Source: Lama guanicoe (taxonomy: Eukaryota). Taken from it: 64,000 nucleotides of DNA. Location: the NCBI GenBank assembly GCA_013239625.1, contig MU054323.1:16496029-16560028 (forward strand). The letters are read 5' to 3'. A program made the position numbers and the translations under genes. Position 1 is the stretch's first letter. The number at the start of each line of letters is the position of its first letter. This document shows positions 13,301 to 25,336 of the stretch, piece by piece. The notes beneath the pieces were generated by a model that was given only the letters and a program-made list of their open reading frames with translations, did not search any database and was not told the origin of the DNA.

Positions 13301-14084
13301 ACACCATAATCCCCCACACCTGTAAGTCATGTAACAGAACAATTCATCATTTAAACTAGGACACTTAGAGAATGAAGTGAAAACAGAGATATGGATGGTT
13401 ATGCTGGCACAACAAACATATTGAGTTGAACTAGGCAAATAAAATAAATAGTCACCTTTATTTAAGAAATGTTGAATATAAGACTAGCTTGAAAATTTCT
13501 TGTCCATGTGAGGATATTGCTGGGGAGGGTAGTGGCTCCATGGTGAGCTCCACAGAAATGGGTCATGCATTTCTCCTCTGTACTCCCCTCCTTCTCCAAA
13601 TTCAGCCTGGAGTCCAGCAGGCACTGAACTGAATAATTTATTAAATTGAAATCTATGTTTCCAGAAAACCAATCCACTGATTATGAGTTCTCTCTGTAGC
13701 AATGATGGAGACACAAGTGGAGACAAAAACTGTGCATTTATTCCTGGAAGTCTTAGGAGCTGCCATGCACAGTGTACCCAACGGATATGACACAGAGATT
13801 GGACACAAGTTTTCAGGGTTGTTCTTACCTAGATGGATTTCCAGCATTTTGTACTAAGAGTCATTTTTGTGCCCTCCTGTGCATTGATGAAGCAGAGGTC
13901 TGCCATGTGAGTCTTTGGGGAGAAAGGGAGAATGGGACTTGGGAACTAGTTAAGAACATGTTCAAATACCTTCTCCTCTAGGAAGCACTTCTTACCCTTT
14001 CTGTCTGTGTCTCCCACTGGTTCCCATAAATTCATTTTATATGCTTTTTAGAGCTTGTAATATAGAAAACTGTATTTTAATTGG

Positions 14085-14415
14085 AGAAACATAGCATAGT
14101 GACATAGTTTATGGACTCTAGAGCTGTGAAGTACTTACCAATAACACGACCATGGGCAGGTAATTTATTCTTGGCTATTCTCTTTGTACAATGAGGATGA
14201 AAAATTTACCTACCTCATAGGGTTGCTATGAAGATTGAGTTAATTCATACAAAGTCCATAGAACATCCTCTTCTCCACTTCCTATTTTTTTCCTTCCTCC
14301 AGTGAGACAGAGACTGTGTTTTATTCTGTGTTTGTTTATATATTTACTTCTCCCATGCCAACACAGAGTATGGTACAGAGTGGATTTGCTTCACCGTTTA
14401 CTGAAAGAATGAAAG
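14085..14415 (+). mobile_element. MIR (~14085-14265) followed by an L2 3' end (~14300-14415)
   Basis: 'gaccatgggcaggtaattt...tacctacctcatagggttgctatgaagattgag', then 'agagactgtgttttattc...tttactgaaagaatgaa'. Confidence 0.7.
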
Positions 14416-15338
14416 GAAGCACAGATAAACAAATTAACAAACAGGAGATCAGTTCCAGGACCTAAGTTGATATTTAATTGATTTAAAATGACTCAAAGTC
14501 TAAAAATATTCAGTAACACAGTCATCCAGCAATATCCAGTTCATTTGTTCTCTGTCAACAGAAGATGCACTTTAAGTGAACTACAATGTCATCTGAATGT
14601 CTTTAGGACTCTGGGCTGGCCTTGTAGAAAGAGTTGCAGACTCATGGTCAGCAATGAATAATTTCTGCACAGTACCAGTGGGATCCTTTCAGTGCCTCCA
14701 CACCCCTCTTATGAAAGAAGCAGGTGGAATTATTTCATTTGTGATAAAAACAAAATGACCAGAAATGGCATAAAGTAATATAAGTGCCTCTGAAATGAAA
14801 TCAGTGACATATATACAGCTATCTGCAACCCAGTTAAGAATCCAGAGCCCAGGATGAATCTAGTTTAGGGAAGGAAAAAGAGCAAAAAGATATAGCAGCT
14901 AACCCAAGGAAATGACCATAAGAAATGCTACAGATCACAGAGATCAGAAAAGCCAGCAGGGTCAGAACACAGCTATGGGGATTGTTCTCAGGAGGTGGCA
15001 AATTTACCACATCTCCTGGCAGTGCTTGTTTGTCTACTATGCAACTCAGTGAATTCTTTGACAGTGGAGACTGTGCTTAGTCTTCCCTACCTGTACTTTT
15101 AAATTATGCACACAGATGCTCTGAGGACCTTCAGATGCAGTTGAATGACTGGCACACAGTAGGTATTTAAGAAGTATTTGTTGAGAAAATGGATGAGTAA
15201 TTCAAAAAAATGGCTAAGTGGCTGATTAACTCAACAGACCAACATAGACCCCTCACCTTGTTCCTCCTGACCTTTAGAGATAAAGAAGTTTTGGAAATTG
15301 TGAATGGATCCCCTATTGAATTATCTCCACACCCTTCT

Positions 15339-16732
15339 TGTGATAGTTAAATTTTATGTGTGTCAGCTTGGCTGAGCTATGGTGTTGGTCATTTCTGTAA
15401 AGGTATTTTATGATGTGATTAACATATGCAGTCAGTTGACTTTAAGTTGATAGAATAATACTTTTGATAATGTGGGTGGGCCTCATCGAATCAGTTGAAG
15501 GACCAAAAATGGAGGTTTCCTGGAAAAGAAGGAATTCTGCCTCAAGACTATAAGACACAAATCTTTTGAGATGGTCATGTGATTTTTGTCCTTTCTCTTG
15601 TTGATGTGGTGTATCATGTTGATCGATTTGTGTATATTGAACCATCCTTGTGTTGCTGGGATGAATCCAACTTGATTATGGTGTATGATCTTTTTTATGT
15701 GTTGTTGGATTCTGTTTGCTATTATTTTGTTGAGGATTTTTGCAACTATGTTCATCAATGATATTGGCCTTTTTTGGTAGTGTCTTTATCTGGCTTTAGT
15801 ATCAGGGTGATGGTGGCTTCATGAATAAGCTTGGGAATATTCTCTCCTCTCCAATCTTTTGGAAGAGTTTGAGAAGGATTGGTATGAGCTCTTCTTTGTA
15901 TGTTTGATAGAATTCCCCAGTGAAGCCATCTGATCCTGGACTTTTGTTTGCAGGGAGGTTTTTTATTGCTGATTCTATTTCACTTCTAGTGATTGGTCTT
16001 TTCAAGTGTTCTATTTCTTCTTGATTCAGTTTTGGTGGACTGTGTGTTTCTAGAAACTTATCTATTTCTTCTAAGTTGTCCAATTTATTGCCGTTTAGTT
16101 GTGCATAGTATTCTCTTATGATTTTTTGTATTTCTGTGGTGTTGGTTGTAATCTCTCCATTTTTAGTTTTCATTTTATTTGTGTTCTCTCTCTTTTCTTC
16201 TGGGTGAGACTAGCCAGCGATTTGTCAATTTTGTTTACTCTTTCGAAAAAACTAGCTCTTGGTTTGATTGATTTTTTTCTATTTTTTTAATCTCTATTTT
16301 ATTTATTTTCTCCCTGATCTTTATTATAATTTCTTTCCTTCTGCTGACTTGGGGTTTTGTTTGTTCTTCTTTTTCTAATTCTTTTAGGTGATAGTTTAGG
16401 TTGTTTATTTGAAATTGTTCTTCTTTTTTGAGGAAGGCCTGTATTGCTATGAACTTCCCTCTTAGGAGTGCTTTTGCTGCATCCCATAGATTTTGTGTGG
16501 TTGTATAACACAGAAATCTTGCTTGTGTTTGCAGCCTGCTGGCCTGCCCTACAGATTTCAGTCTTAAGACTGCAACATCAACTCTTGCCTGAGTTTCCAG
16601 CCTGCCTGCCCTACAAATTTCAAGCTTGCCATCTCCCATATTGCATGAGACAATTCCTTAAAATAAATCTCTTAACTTACGTATACGTATAGCCTATTGA
16701 TTCTGTTTTTCTGAGGTAACCTGATTGATACA
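15339..16732 (+). mobile_element. MLT2D-type ERVL solo LTR, split by an L1 insertion (LTR parts 15339-15565 and 16504-16732)
   Basis: Starts 'tgtgatagttaaattttatgtg', carries 'aatgtgggtgggcctcatcgaatcagttgaagg', and ends 'ttccttaaaataaatctc...cctgattgataca'. Confidence 0.92.
15566..16503 (-). mobile_element. Relatively young L1 internal ORF2 fragment (post-endonuclease region to RT start), frameshifted, with 17-bp TSD
   Basis: ORF-track peptides [46 protein letters not shown] and [28 protein letters not shown] are canonical L1 ORF2p. Flanks are tataagacacaaatctt and tataacacagaaatctt. Confidence 0.96.
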
Positions 16733-17820
16733 CTGTCAAAATCCAACTGACCATAAGTGTAAAGGTTTATTTCTGGACTGTCAATTCTATTCTATTGATC
16801 TATGGACCTACCCTTATGCCAGCATTGGTTACTATATCTACATAGTAAAATTGAAATCAGAAAGTGTGATTCCACCAACTTTATTCCTTTTTCTTCAAAA
16901 TTATTTTGTTTATTCTGGGTCCTCTGCATTTCCAAATGTGTTTCAGGGTCAGTTTATCAATTTCTGAAAAAAAGGCAGCTGAGATTTTGGTAGGGATTGA
17001 ATCTGTAGACCAATTTGGGATTTACTGCCATCTTAACAATGTTGAGTCTTCCAGTTTATGACCATGGAATGTGTTTCCATTTATTTAGGTATTCTTTAAT
17101 TTCTTTCAACAACATTTTGTAGTTTTCAGTACAAGTTTCACATTCCTTTTATTAAATATATTCCTAAATATTTTATTTTTATGCTATTTTAAATGACATT
17201 ATTTTCTTAATTTCATTTATGGATTGTTCATTGCTAGTGTAGAGAAATACAACTGATTTTTGTATATTGATTTTGTATCCTGAAACTTTGCTGAACTCAT
17301 TTATTACTTGTAATAGTTGTGTGTGTGTGTGTATGTGTGGATTCTTTAGGATTGTCCGTATACAAGATCATGTCATCTGTGAATAGAGATAGTTTTACTT
17401 TCTTCCTTTCTGATTTGGATGCCTTTTATTTCTTTTTCTTGCCTAATTGCCCTGTCTAGAACTTCTGGTGCAAGGTTGAATAGAAGTGGCAAGAGTAAAT
17501 ATCCTTGTCTTGTTCCTGATCTCACGGAAAAAACCTTGTCTTCCACTGTTACTATGATGTTATCTGCAGGGGTTTTTTGGTGATTCCATCTAGCAGGATG
17601 AATAATTTCCATCCTATTTCTAATTTGTTAAGTATTTTTATCATGAAAGGGTGCTGGATTTTGTCGAGTGATTTTTCTGCGTTTATTGAGATAATCCTGC
17701 GGTTTTTGTCCTCATTTTATTGATAAAGCATATAATGTAGATTGATTTTTGTACGTTGAATCACCCTTGCATTTCTGGGATAAATCCCACTTGGTCATGG
17801 TGTATAATCTTTTTTTAAAT
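16733..17820 (-). mobile_element. Older L1 (L1M) ORF2 RT-region fragment, with a short left remnant at ~15309-15338
   Basis: Peptide [36 protein letters not shown] (17373-17612). Many stops and frameshifts. Internal (TG)n at ~17318-17338. Confidence 0.93.
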
Positions 17821-19326
17821 ATATTGCTCTAGACATAGACACAAACTTAATCTAAAACACAGTGTATTTAAAGCATTCAGCAATAAAACAAAATAAAACA
17901 AGTAAAGCAACCAACTAAACTAAATAGAAAACAAAAATAAAATTCCTCCAGACAATTTTGTAAGTTGAAGGTGCTTTTTGTAACTTTAAGAAATTACTAT
18001 CTTTAGAATGTTGTCCGAAAGAGTACATTGGATTTGACTAAAACCCAAAAATGTTTAGTTCCTTAATATGTATCAGACCTCGTTAGGCAGAACTCAATGT
18101 GGTTCATAGTCTGTCTCTAGATTCCTATCACATTTCTCAAATGTCACATCCTTTCTTCCTTGTTATCTGTCCTTCTGTTTGCTGCCTCCAGAGCCCTGGA
18201 GAGTAGAGGCAGTAGGTGATGGTGCAGGGTTGGTGGGCAAGGCAGACATGCTGGAGTACTCTCACAAATGCAGCATTTTAGGGAAAGCCAGACAAGCAAG
18301 TAGAGACAGGAGTGACCCAGGCATTACGTGTGTCTGGTTAACTAAGCTGCTAATCATGCAGTGGCTGCCAAGGGGGTCAGTGATCCCTTAAATCATTTGG
18401 TTCCTCAGCCTTAAACCAAGCTACTGCAGCACAGGGCTGGATGATCATTTTCACTTGGGATTAACTGTTGCTGATCAGTTTCTACAGTTGTCTTAGATGT
18501 GTATTTGTATTCTTGTAGTATTTTGTAAGGAGTTCCATTTATTTAGAGTGGACTAGCTAAATGTACAGAGAAATGGAGGGCTGTTATGAAACCTTGGTCA
18601 AGGGCAAAGGACTTCGGTGTGCATGTAAAATTCCTGTAATCTGTGCCCTTTAAATGTGTATCAGAGGAGACGGCTTCATAGCTCTCCCTACTCTCCTCAT
18701 TAGTCCCTTGATGTTATTATAGTTCTCACCGCTAGGAAGAAAAGTCTTCCTTACCTCTGACCAGCCTTTTCCTCTTGTTCTATCATCAGAAGAAATGGAG
18801 AACAGCTGCTCTGTTTTATGGTCTCACAGTTAATTTAATTTATATCTGCTGTAAACATGATTTCTTAAAACTTAATAGAACATTTCAGTTTGGCATGTAG
18901 AAAGAGCTCTCTGCCTTGCCCCAGTCATTCCCAATAGTTGTGTTTTACTGCTTTAATTTATGTTTTTGTCTTGTTGTTGTTGCTTAGTTTTTTTTTTTTT
19001 CCAATAGTGTGATTTTATTTTTATGACCACATTCTTCCTAGGAATTTTCTGGGCACGTGGCATTCCAAAATTTTACTAATTTAATGACTCGTCTCATGGA
19101 CAGATAGGTGATCTCAAAAAAGATAATGAAATGCAAGTTTAAAGAGTGCTGCATGATCTCAAAGTGAGCAAAGACTCAGGTGTTGTTTTGGCAGCTCCTC
19201 AGAGAGAGCTTGTGGACAAAGGATCTGCGGGCCACTTTGGGTATCTGGCATCACTGCTGATATTTTACACAAGTGAGAAACATCTAAGAGGGAAAACATG
19301 GAATAAAATGAAGCCTCTCTTTCCCT

Positions 19327-19778
19327 TGTCGACTTGACTTAACAAAAACCACACAACATAAAAGCTGTGAGTAGAGTTTATTCAGTCTTTCTGAGGACTA
19401 TAACCTGGGAGACAGCCTCTCAGATAGCTCTGAGAAACTGTTCCTAAGAGGTCAGTATATCTGTGATTTTGGTGAAGAGGGTACGTGCAACCAAGCACAC
19501 ATCTTGATAGAAGGTTGCTGCCAGTCCTGAGGAACAGATATCTTGGTTAATGGTTTAAAGGCTTTTTCAAGTATGGGACGATGCAGGAACCCAGGGTCAT
19601 AAAAAATTTCTCCTGAAAATATCTAATTATATTAAGGCTTGCTCTTCCAGCTTTCTCAGAGCCCAGAGTGTCTCATTCCTGATGTCTGCCCTGAACTCCT
19701 TTCAAGGTGTGTTAAAGGTCAACGGCTGCAGTAGATATTGACTCAATCCTTGTGACAATCAACCATCTTTAGTTGGCA
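19327..19778 (-). mobile_element. ERV1-class solo LTR (MER41-like), 4-bp TSD CCCT
   Basis: Imperfect inverted ends tgtcgact...agttggca. CCCT lies at 19323-19326 and 19779-19782. AATAAA is on the minus strand at 19377-19382. 'gagacagcctctcagatagctctgag' resembles recalled laurasiatherian MER41-type LTRs. Confidence 0.85.
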
Positions 19779-20494
19779 CCCTTTAGACGTCTTTCTACCC
19801 TGGACAAATGATAGAAAAGTCTTTTGTAAGGATGGTCTGGTACCTTCTGCCCACTGGTGTCTGACCTGTGGCCCAGAGGGCAGACATGAAGAATTTAGAA
19901 ATAGGCGTATGATTCCTCCAGAGGAAGTTGCATAAAGTTTAAGCCATGGGACTTGAGTTTCTCCTGCCCTGTGGATTTATGGCCTCACATGTGGATGAGG
20001 GAATGCACAGCAGATCTCCTTGGGGTGAAAGAGCCACCTCTGCTTGCCTGCAATTTCTCACCCTATCAACTGATGCAAATCAGGTTACTGCCTTTCATAG
20101 CAAGGTTTTCATTCCGGCCCATCACCTAGTTTTCTATGAGTTTAGAGACATCCCTTACTGATCAAAACAATCCCAAAGCGGATCGAGATTGTCTTCAGGA
20201 GTTTTAGAAATAAGAAAGGACAGGTCAGATGTCAAAGCAGGTGCTTTTGTTTTCATTGCTAATTCAAATTCCTTTTTTTCCTGAAAGTAGTGTCAGTTAT
20301 TTATTCTCTAGCATAACTCTGGTTTTAAAAGACGAGCTGATAAGAAGAATCTAAGATCTTCCTGAGGGATATCTCTTGTCCATTATCAAATTCCTTGGAA
20401 AACATGAGTTCTTCTGAAAGCCTGTATTTTCACAAAGGAACTCTCCAAAAATTGGCCTATTTTAGTTGTAGGTTTACACTATGTATTGTCAATA

Positions 20495-20850
20495 ATTAGT
20501 GTGCTGAGTTCCACTTCATGAATTCTAATCCTAGATCCACCACTCCTACCTCTGTGAGTTTGGGCAAATTACTTAACCTCTCTAGGTTTCAGTCTAACAA
20601 TACCTACCTTAATGCACATCTCTTAGAACAATGCCTGGGAGATGGTAAGTGCTTAGACTAATTTTGGCCACAGTGGTAATGATGGGGATGACATGCTAGG
20701 TGCTTTACCAGGCTCTTCGGATATAGTCTAACCCTGACAACAACCCTCCTTTGACAGATGAGAGAGTAGGATTCGACCCAAGGGCATAAAGTTAATAGGT
20801 GACAGGACAAGAATTTAAACCCAGGTCTTTCTAACCCAACTCTGGAGCTC
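20495..20850. mobile_element. Two MIR fragments in opposite orientation (+ ~20495-20660, - ~20680-20850)
   Basis: 'ttgggcaaattacttaacctctctaggtttcag' and 'acaacaaccctcctttgacagatgagaga...gaatttaaacccaggtcttt'. Confidence 0.75.
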
Positions 20851-21802
20851 TTTTCTTTATTGTACTACCATGTTACTGGTCCAGACCAGCATATGCATGA
20901 AGCAAGTTCTTTACAGTTTATATACAGTTTCGTGAATATTACTTGTAATCACTTAGATTTCACACAAGTTTGTAGGTTTGGATTACCGGCATTACAATGA
21001 ACAGAGAAAGTGGATTCAGGTAGAATGAAACTGACCTGGGTTTACCCAGCTGGTGAGTGTGGACAGGAACCCAGGTCTTCTGGCTCAGCCCCTCATCTTT
21101 TGCCCATGTCACTCCACCTGAGGAACATCTTCTTTCTGAAGTCCACCATGGTTTCCAGTTCCTAACCTGAACTCCTTTCCTTGGCAATCAAGACTGCCAT
21201 CTGCTCCTTCAAGTCATGCTTTCATTTTTCTTTAAAACTCTGGCCAAGAGTCCCCTCATCCAGGAAGTTTTCACTGATTTAAATTTAGCTGGTCCATTCA
21301 CCAAGTGTTCTACAGAGACCTTCTGCCCTTGTCATACTGCTCTTGACAAACTTTTCCTTACAACTGCCCTGTGTGGAAGGCACTCTTATTGCCTCGTGCA
21401 CAGAGCTGAGATTTGATCTAATCTGATTTTAGAGACCCTGTTCTTAACCACTCAAGAGTTGCTGCCTCCTTACCCCCAACATGTGAACCATTCTACGACA
21501 GGTCACTGGCTCTGAACACTCATGCAGAGGAAAGGGCGTTTCTGAGACAACCAGTATCTGACTGAAGTAATGGTGGCTCTTGAAGAGCTCCTTGAAGTTC
21601 TTTTCAAAGTAAGTCAGTAGTAGCTTCAGAATAACTGAGAACTAGTAGAGGGCATAATTTGGTTCAGTTCTAAAGAAAATAGGTAGTCTGCATGGCTAGC
21701 TTGGAAATTGGTGGCCTGGGCTGCATTTGATCAGTTGGAAATTATAAAGACAAGAGATCATCCCTACATACAGAAGGCTCCCAGTGAATGCTTACTGAGT
21801 GT

Positions 21803-22203
21803 ACTCATCAAATCTTTATTGAATACTATCTAAATGCTAAACTCTATACCAGGCACCATGGATACAATGGTGAACAAGATACAAAATCTCTGTCCTCCTG
21901 AAGCTTATATCCTATTAGAGGAGCCAGACTACAAATTAAACATGTAGTATTATATCTGGTAGTATTGCCTGCTATTGTTTAGAAAAATCAGCATGATAAG
22001 GAGATAGAGATTGAGTGTGATGGGGGTATCGTGATGACAGTTTCTGTTAGGGCATGGAGGAAAGCATCTCTGAGGAGATGATTTGAGTAAAATTCTGAAG
22101 AATAAGAAGGATCTAGCAATGCAAAGATCTGGGGGAAAACATTCCCCCAGAAATATCCTGAGCAGAAAGGAACCGGGCATGTTTGTTAGACAGCAAGAAG
22201 GCC
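21803..22203 (-). mobile_element. L2 3' portion, abutting a short + strand L2 tail at ~21760-21800
   Basis: 'tttattgaatact...ggatacaatggtgaacaagatac...ctctgaggagatgatttgag...atgcaaagatctggggg'. Confidence 0.88.
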
Positions 22204-24329
22204 TTCCATTGTTTGTATCCTTAAGCAAGTTGCTTACTTTCTCTGAATCTTATTTTCCTTACCTACATTAAACTTAGCTGATGTTAAAACCTATGGCCTC
22301 TCTCTCTCAAAACCTGGCTTAACATACCCTCCTCCCTCTACCACCACTGCCGCAATCCTGTGGCCAGTAAATGTCTAAACCCTCCTGCTCAAAGATGTTC
22401 CGGCTTCTGAGGGGCTCTGTCCTCATGCCCCTTCTGCATCCCAAGCCCCTGATTCCATATGTGCAGTTTTGGCTCTTGACACGTTGACCCAGATGGGAAA
22501 CCCAGGACCTTCCATAAGAACCGCAGGAAACCTGCCCTGTTCTAGGAACTGTGTGCACAGAGATGAATGAAAGATTTGAGGATGAAGAGAGACCCAGAGG
22601 AGCACAGCCAAGTTGGCTGGACAGGAGTGGCAGGGCCTACACCTCAAAAGGAAGAGTCCCAAGAGTTTCTCAGCTCTTTCTCAGGGCCAGCCTCTTAACT
22701 TCCTGGCCCCTTCTCCTCTCCTTTTATTTCTTTTCCCCTTTCTTTCCAGTAGCAAAGCAACAATTTTACCTTTCAAACCTCTGCCCCCACCCCCTTTTCT
22801 GATACTATAAGAGTTCAACCACCCCAAGAACATATTTCAAAGTATTTTCTTGAACAAACACAAGTGGCCTCTTTGAGCATAATTCTGGAGCCAGTTTTAG
22901 AAAAAAGTTATTGTTCACATCCCTACACTTAAGTTACAGGTAATTATATTAACTTTGTTGGGGTATTGGAAGAATTACCTGGGATAATATGTGTGCAAGC
23001 TTTAGCAACATTACTGGCTAAATAAATATTTGATAAGCAGAGGCAGCAACAACAGAGTGTGATAATTGTGGTGGAGGTGGTGGTGGTTGTTAACTCACTA
23101 CTTGTTTGAGGCCAGGTGACTTTGGGGCTTAACTTAGAGAAGCTGAGGGAATGAAAGGCTAGGAAAGCTTTGCCACAAAGATGACAAAGAAAGTCACTGT
23201 CAAAGGAAGAAAAGAGAATAGTGAGTTTGCACTAGGACGCAAAAAAGCAAAATCAAAAGAGCCTATATAGATTTGGAGGTAGAGAAAAGCAGAGCAAAGG
23301 GAATGAAGAAGGTGATGGATGAAATAAAATTACACTTTATGAGACTTCAGAGCTAAGTCTCAAACTCTTATGGCCTCTCCTGTACTCTGTAAAACGAATT
23401 TGCTGAATGCATCTGAAAAAGCTCAAAATGAGTTTCAGTTAAAGATCCTTGAAAATTTCAAAAAGATTGAAAAATGGAGACAGTACTTTAGTTGCCAATA
23501 ATAAGAATATGACTACAATCTTAAACCACAAACTATGTAGCAAACCTGGTAAATGCTATGAAATCTGGACCAAAATGGGGAAGAACACTGAGAATGAACA
23601 ACATATCCTCAGACCTTGGGCAAGATGGACATTTCCCCACGAGCAAGTGAGGCTACCCTGCAACGCCCATCCATGGATTCCTTAAGTCATATCAAATTAA
23701 AGGGCACAGAGAGCTACAACAGAAGAGAACTGTCCCCAGAGGGACCCCATTTGACACCACAAAATGAAATCAAGGGGAAACCAGGCCAACACACAGTTTT
23801 TGTCTACTCTCTATTCTCCTAGCTGTGGAGATGACCAAAGGTGAGCTAAGACGAAGACAGTGAAGGAAACCACATTTTCCAAATTACTAATCTCTTGAAT
23901 TCCAAAGACTGAGAGGTGATACATAGTCACAGGTTAAGAAAAATAATAGATTTGGTGAGAGGCTCTAGGAGGCAGTATACTCTGTTTGAACTTACTAATG
24001 TCTTCCACTACCTCTCTTCCTCTACAGACTGTCTTTCAGCCAGTGTATGAGATAAGTAAGGATTAGAAAGAAAAAGAAAGAAAGAAAGAATCATCCCCCA
24101 CAGATCTGCTTTGAAATGAAAGAGGAAGTAAAGAAGAAGAAAAGGTAAGACAAGGAAAGATAAATGACTAGAGAAAAGTTCCAGATAAACGGAGGAAGAG
24201 TTCAGACAAAGAGTTCTCTGTACTTGCAAAGAAATTGTAGGAGATAAATATGAATGAAAAATATTACAGAGAAGAAAGCTATACAATATGCAACAAAAAT
24301 TAGAATAAACCTAGCTTAAAATAGGACTT

Positions 24330-24680
24330 TCACTCGTTCATTCAACATATAATTACTGAATACCCGATACATGCCAAGAGTGTTGCTAGATGCTGGGTTC
24401 CAGGAGGGTTTGAGGTTGGCAGCATCTTTACCCTCATGGAGCTTACAATCTGGGTTGGAGGTAGAGAAAATAAAATATATAGACTAACCCTATGTAGTCT
24501 TATAAAAATACAAAATAGGACTATATAATAGAGAATGAATAGGTAGGGCCTTTTTTTTTAGATTGGGTGACCAGGAAAGGTCTCTGACCGTGTGACATTT
24601 TATCTGAAACCTGGATAACATGACTGATTCAGTCTTGCAAGTATCTGGGAAGACAGTCTAGGCAGACATAATAATAGTAA
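24330..24680 (-). mobile_element. L2 3' portion
   Basis: 'ttcattcaacatataattactgaatacc...ccctcatggagcttacaatct...gggtgaccaggaaaggtctct'. Confidence 0.88.
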
Positions 24681-24719
24681 AAAGAAGATTATAAGGAAGA
24701 TAGCCATGAGTGACAGTTA

Positions 24720-24910
24720 AAGTACATCCAGCAAACACATAATTGGTATTTTAAAAAGAAAATGAACAAATAAAATAGAAAATATGGGGAAAAAAAGTAG
24801 GAAAAACAATCCCAAGATATATGTTTAAATTTGCAAATTGAGTGAATACCGCTATATTGAAAACTTGGTATTTGAACAATCAAGATCAATGCATAAGAAT
24901 AATATGGATA
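24720..24910 (+). mobile_element. Possible very old L1/HAL1 ORF1 relic (may extend left to ~24050)
   Basis: A-rich. 'atccagcaaacacataattggtatt...ttaaatttgcaaattgagtgaatac' parallels the HAL1 ORF1 segment at 49140-49270 in this window. Confidence 0.4.
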
Positions 24911-24914
24911 ACTA

Positions 24915-25336
24915 GGCCAGAATCTGGGCTGGTCTTATGACTTGCTTTGGCCAGTAGTATCTTGTGACAGCTCTGAGCCTAAACCTCGGAGCTCTTACAC
25001 AGTTCCAGTCTCCTTCTTTCAACTCTGCTACTGGTATGTGAACAAGCATGAGCTAGCCTGCTGGAGGATGAGAGATCACACAACAAAGTCTCCCCTATTG
25101 TTCCTGCCAAGAGATAACCAGCTTCCACACCTGTGAATGAGATGATCGTAGGTCAGCAATGCTCCAGTTGCCCCATGCCTTGACCCCAGACACTTAGGGG
25201 ATTCACCCAAGATCAGTCAAGCCAGATCAGCAGAACCACCCTCACAGACCTGTAAACATGTGAGCTATAATAAATAGTGTTTGTTTTCAGCTACAAAGCT
25301 TAGAAATGGTTCATTAGGCGCAGCACTAACTGATCA
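24915..25336 (+). mobile_element. MLT1G/H-type MaLR LTR, 5'-truncated
   Basis: 'gaatctgggctggtcttatgacttgctttggcca...gctagcctgctggaggatgagaga...aataaatagtgtttgttttcagc...taactgatca'. Confidence 0.85.

Noticed and set aside
15483..16639. ORFs of 91-134 aa as a functional reverse transcriptase gene
   Set aside because: They are frameshifted pieces of a doubly truncated L1 ORF2 that read into LTR sequence.
24430..24460. 14-nt match (ggagcttacaatct) to miR-708-5p
   Set aside because: It lies in a single L2 copy, and miR-708 is itself L2-derived. The complementary 3' arm of the precursor is absent.
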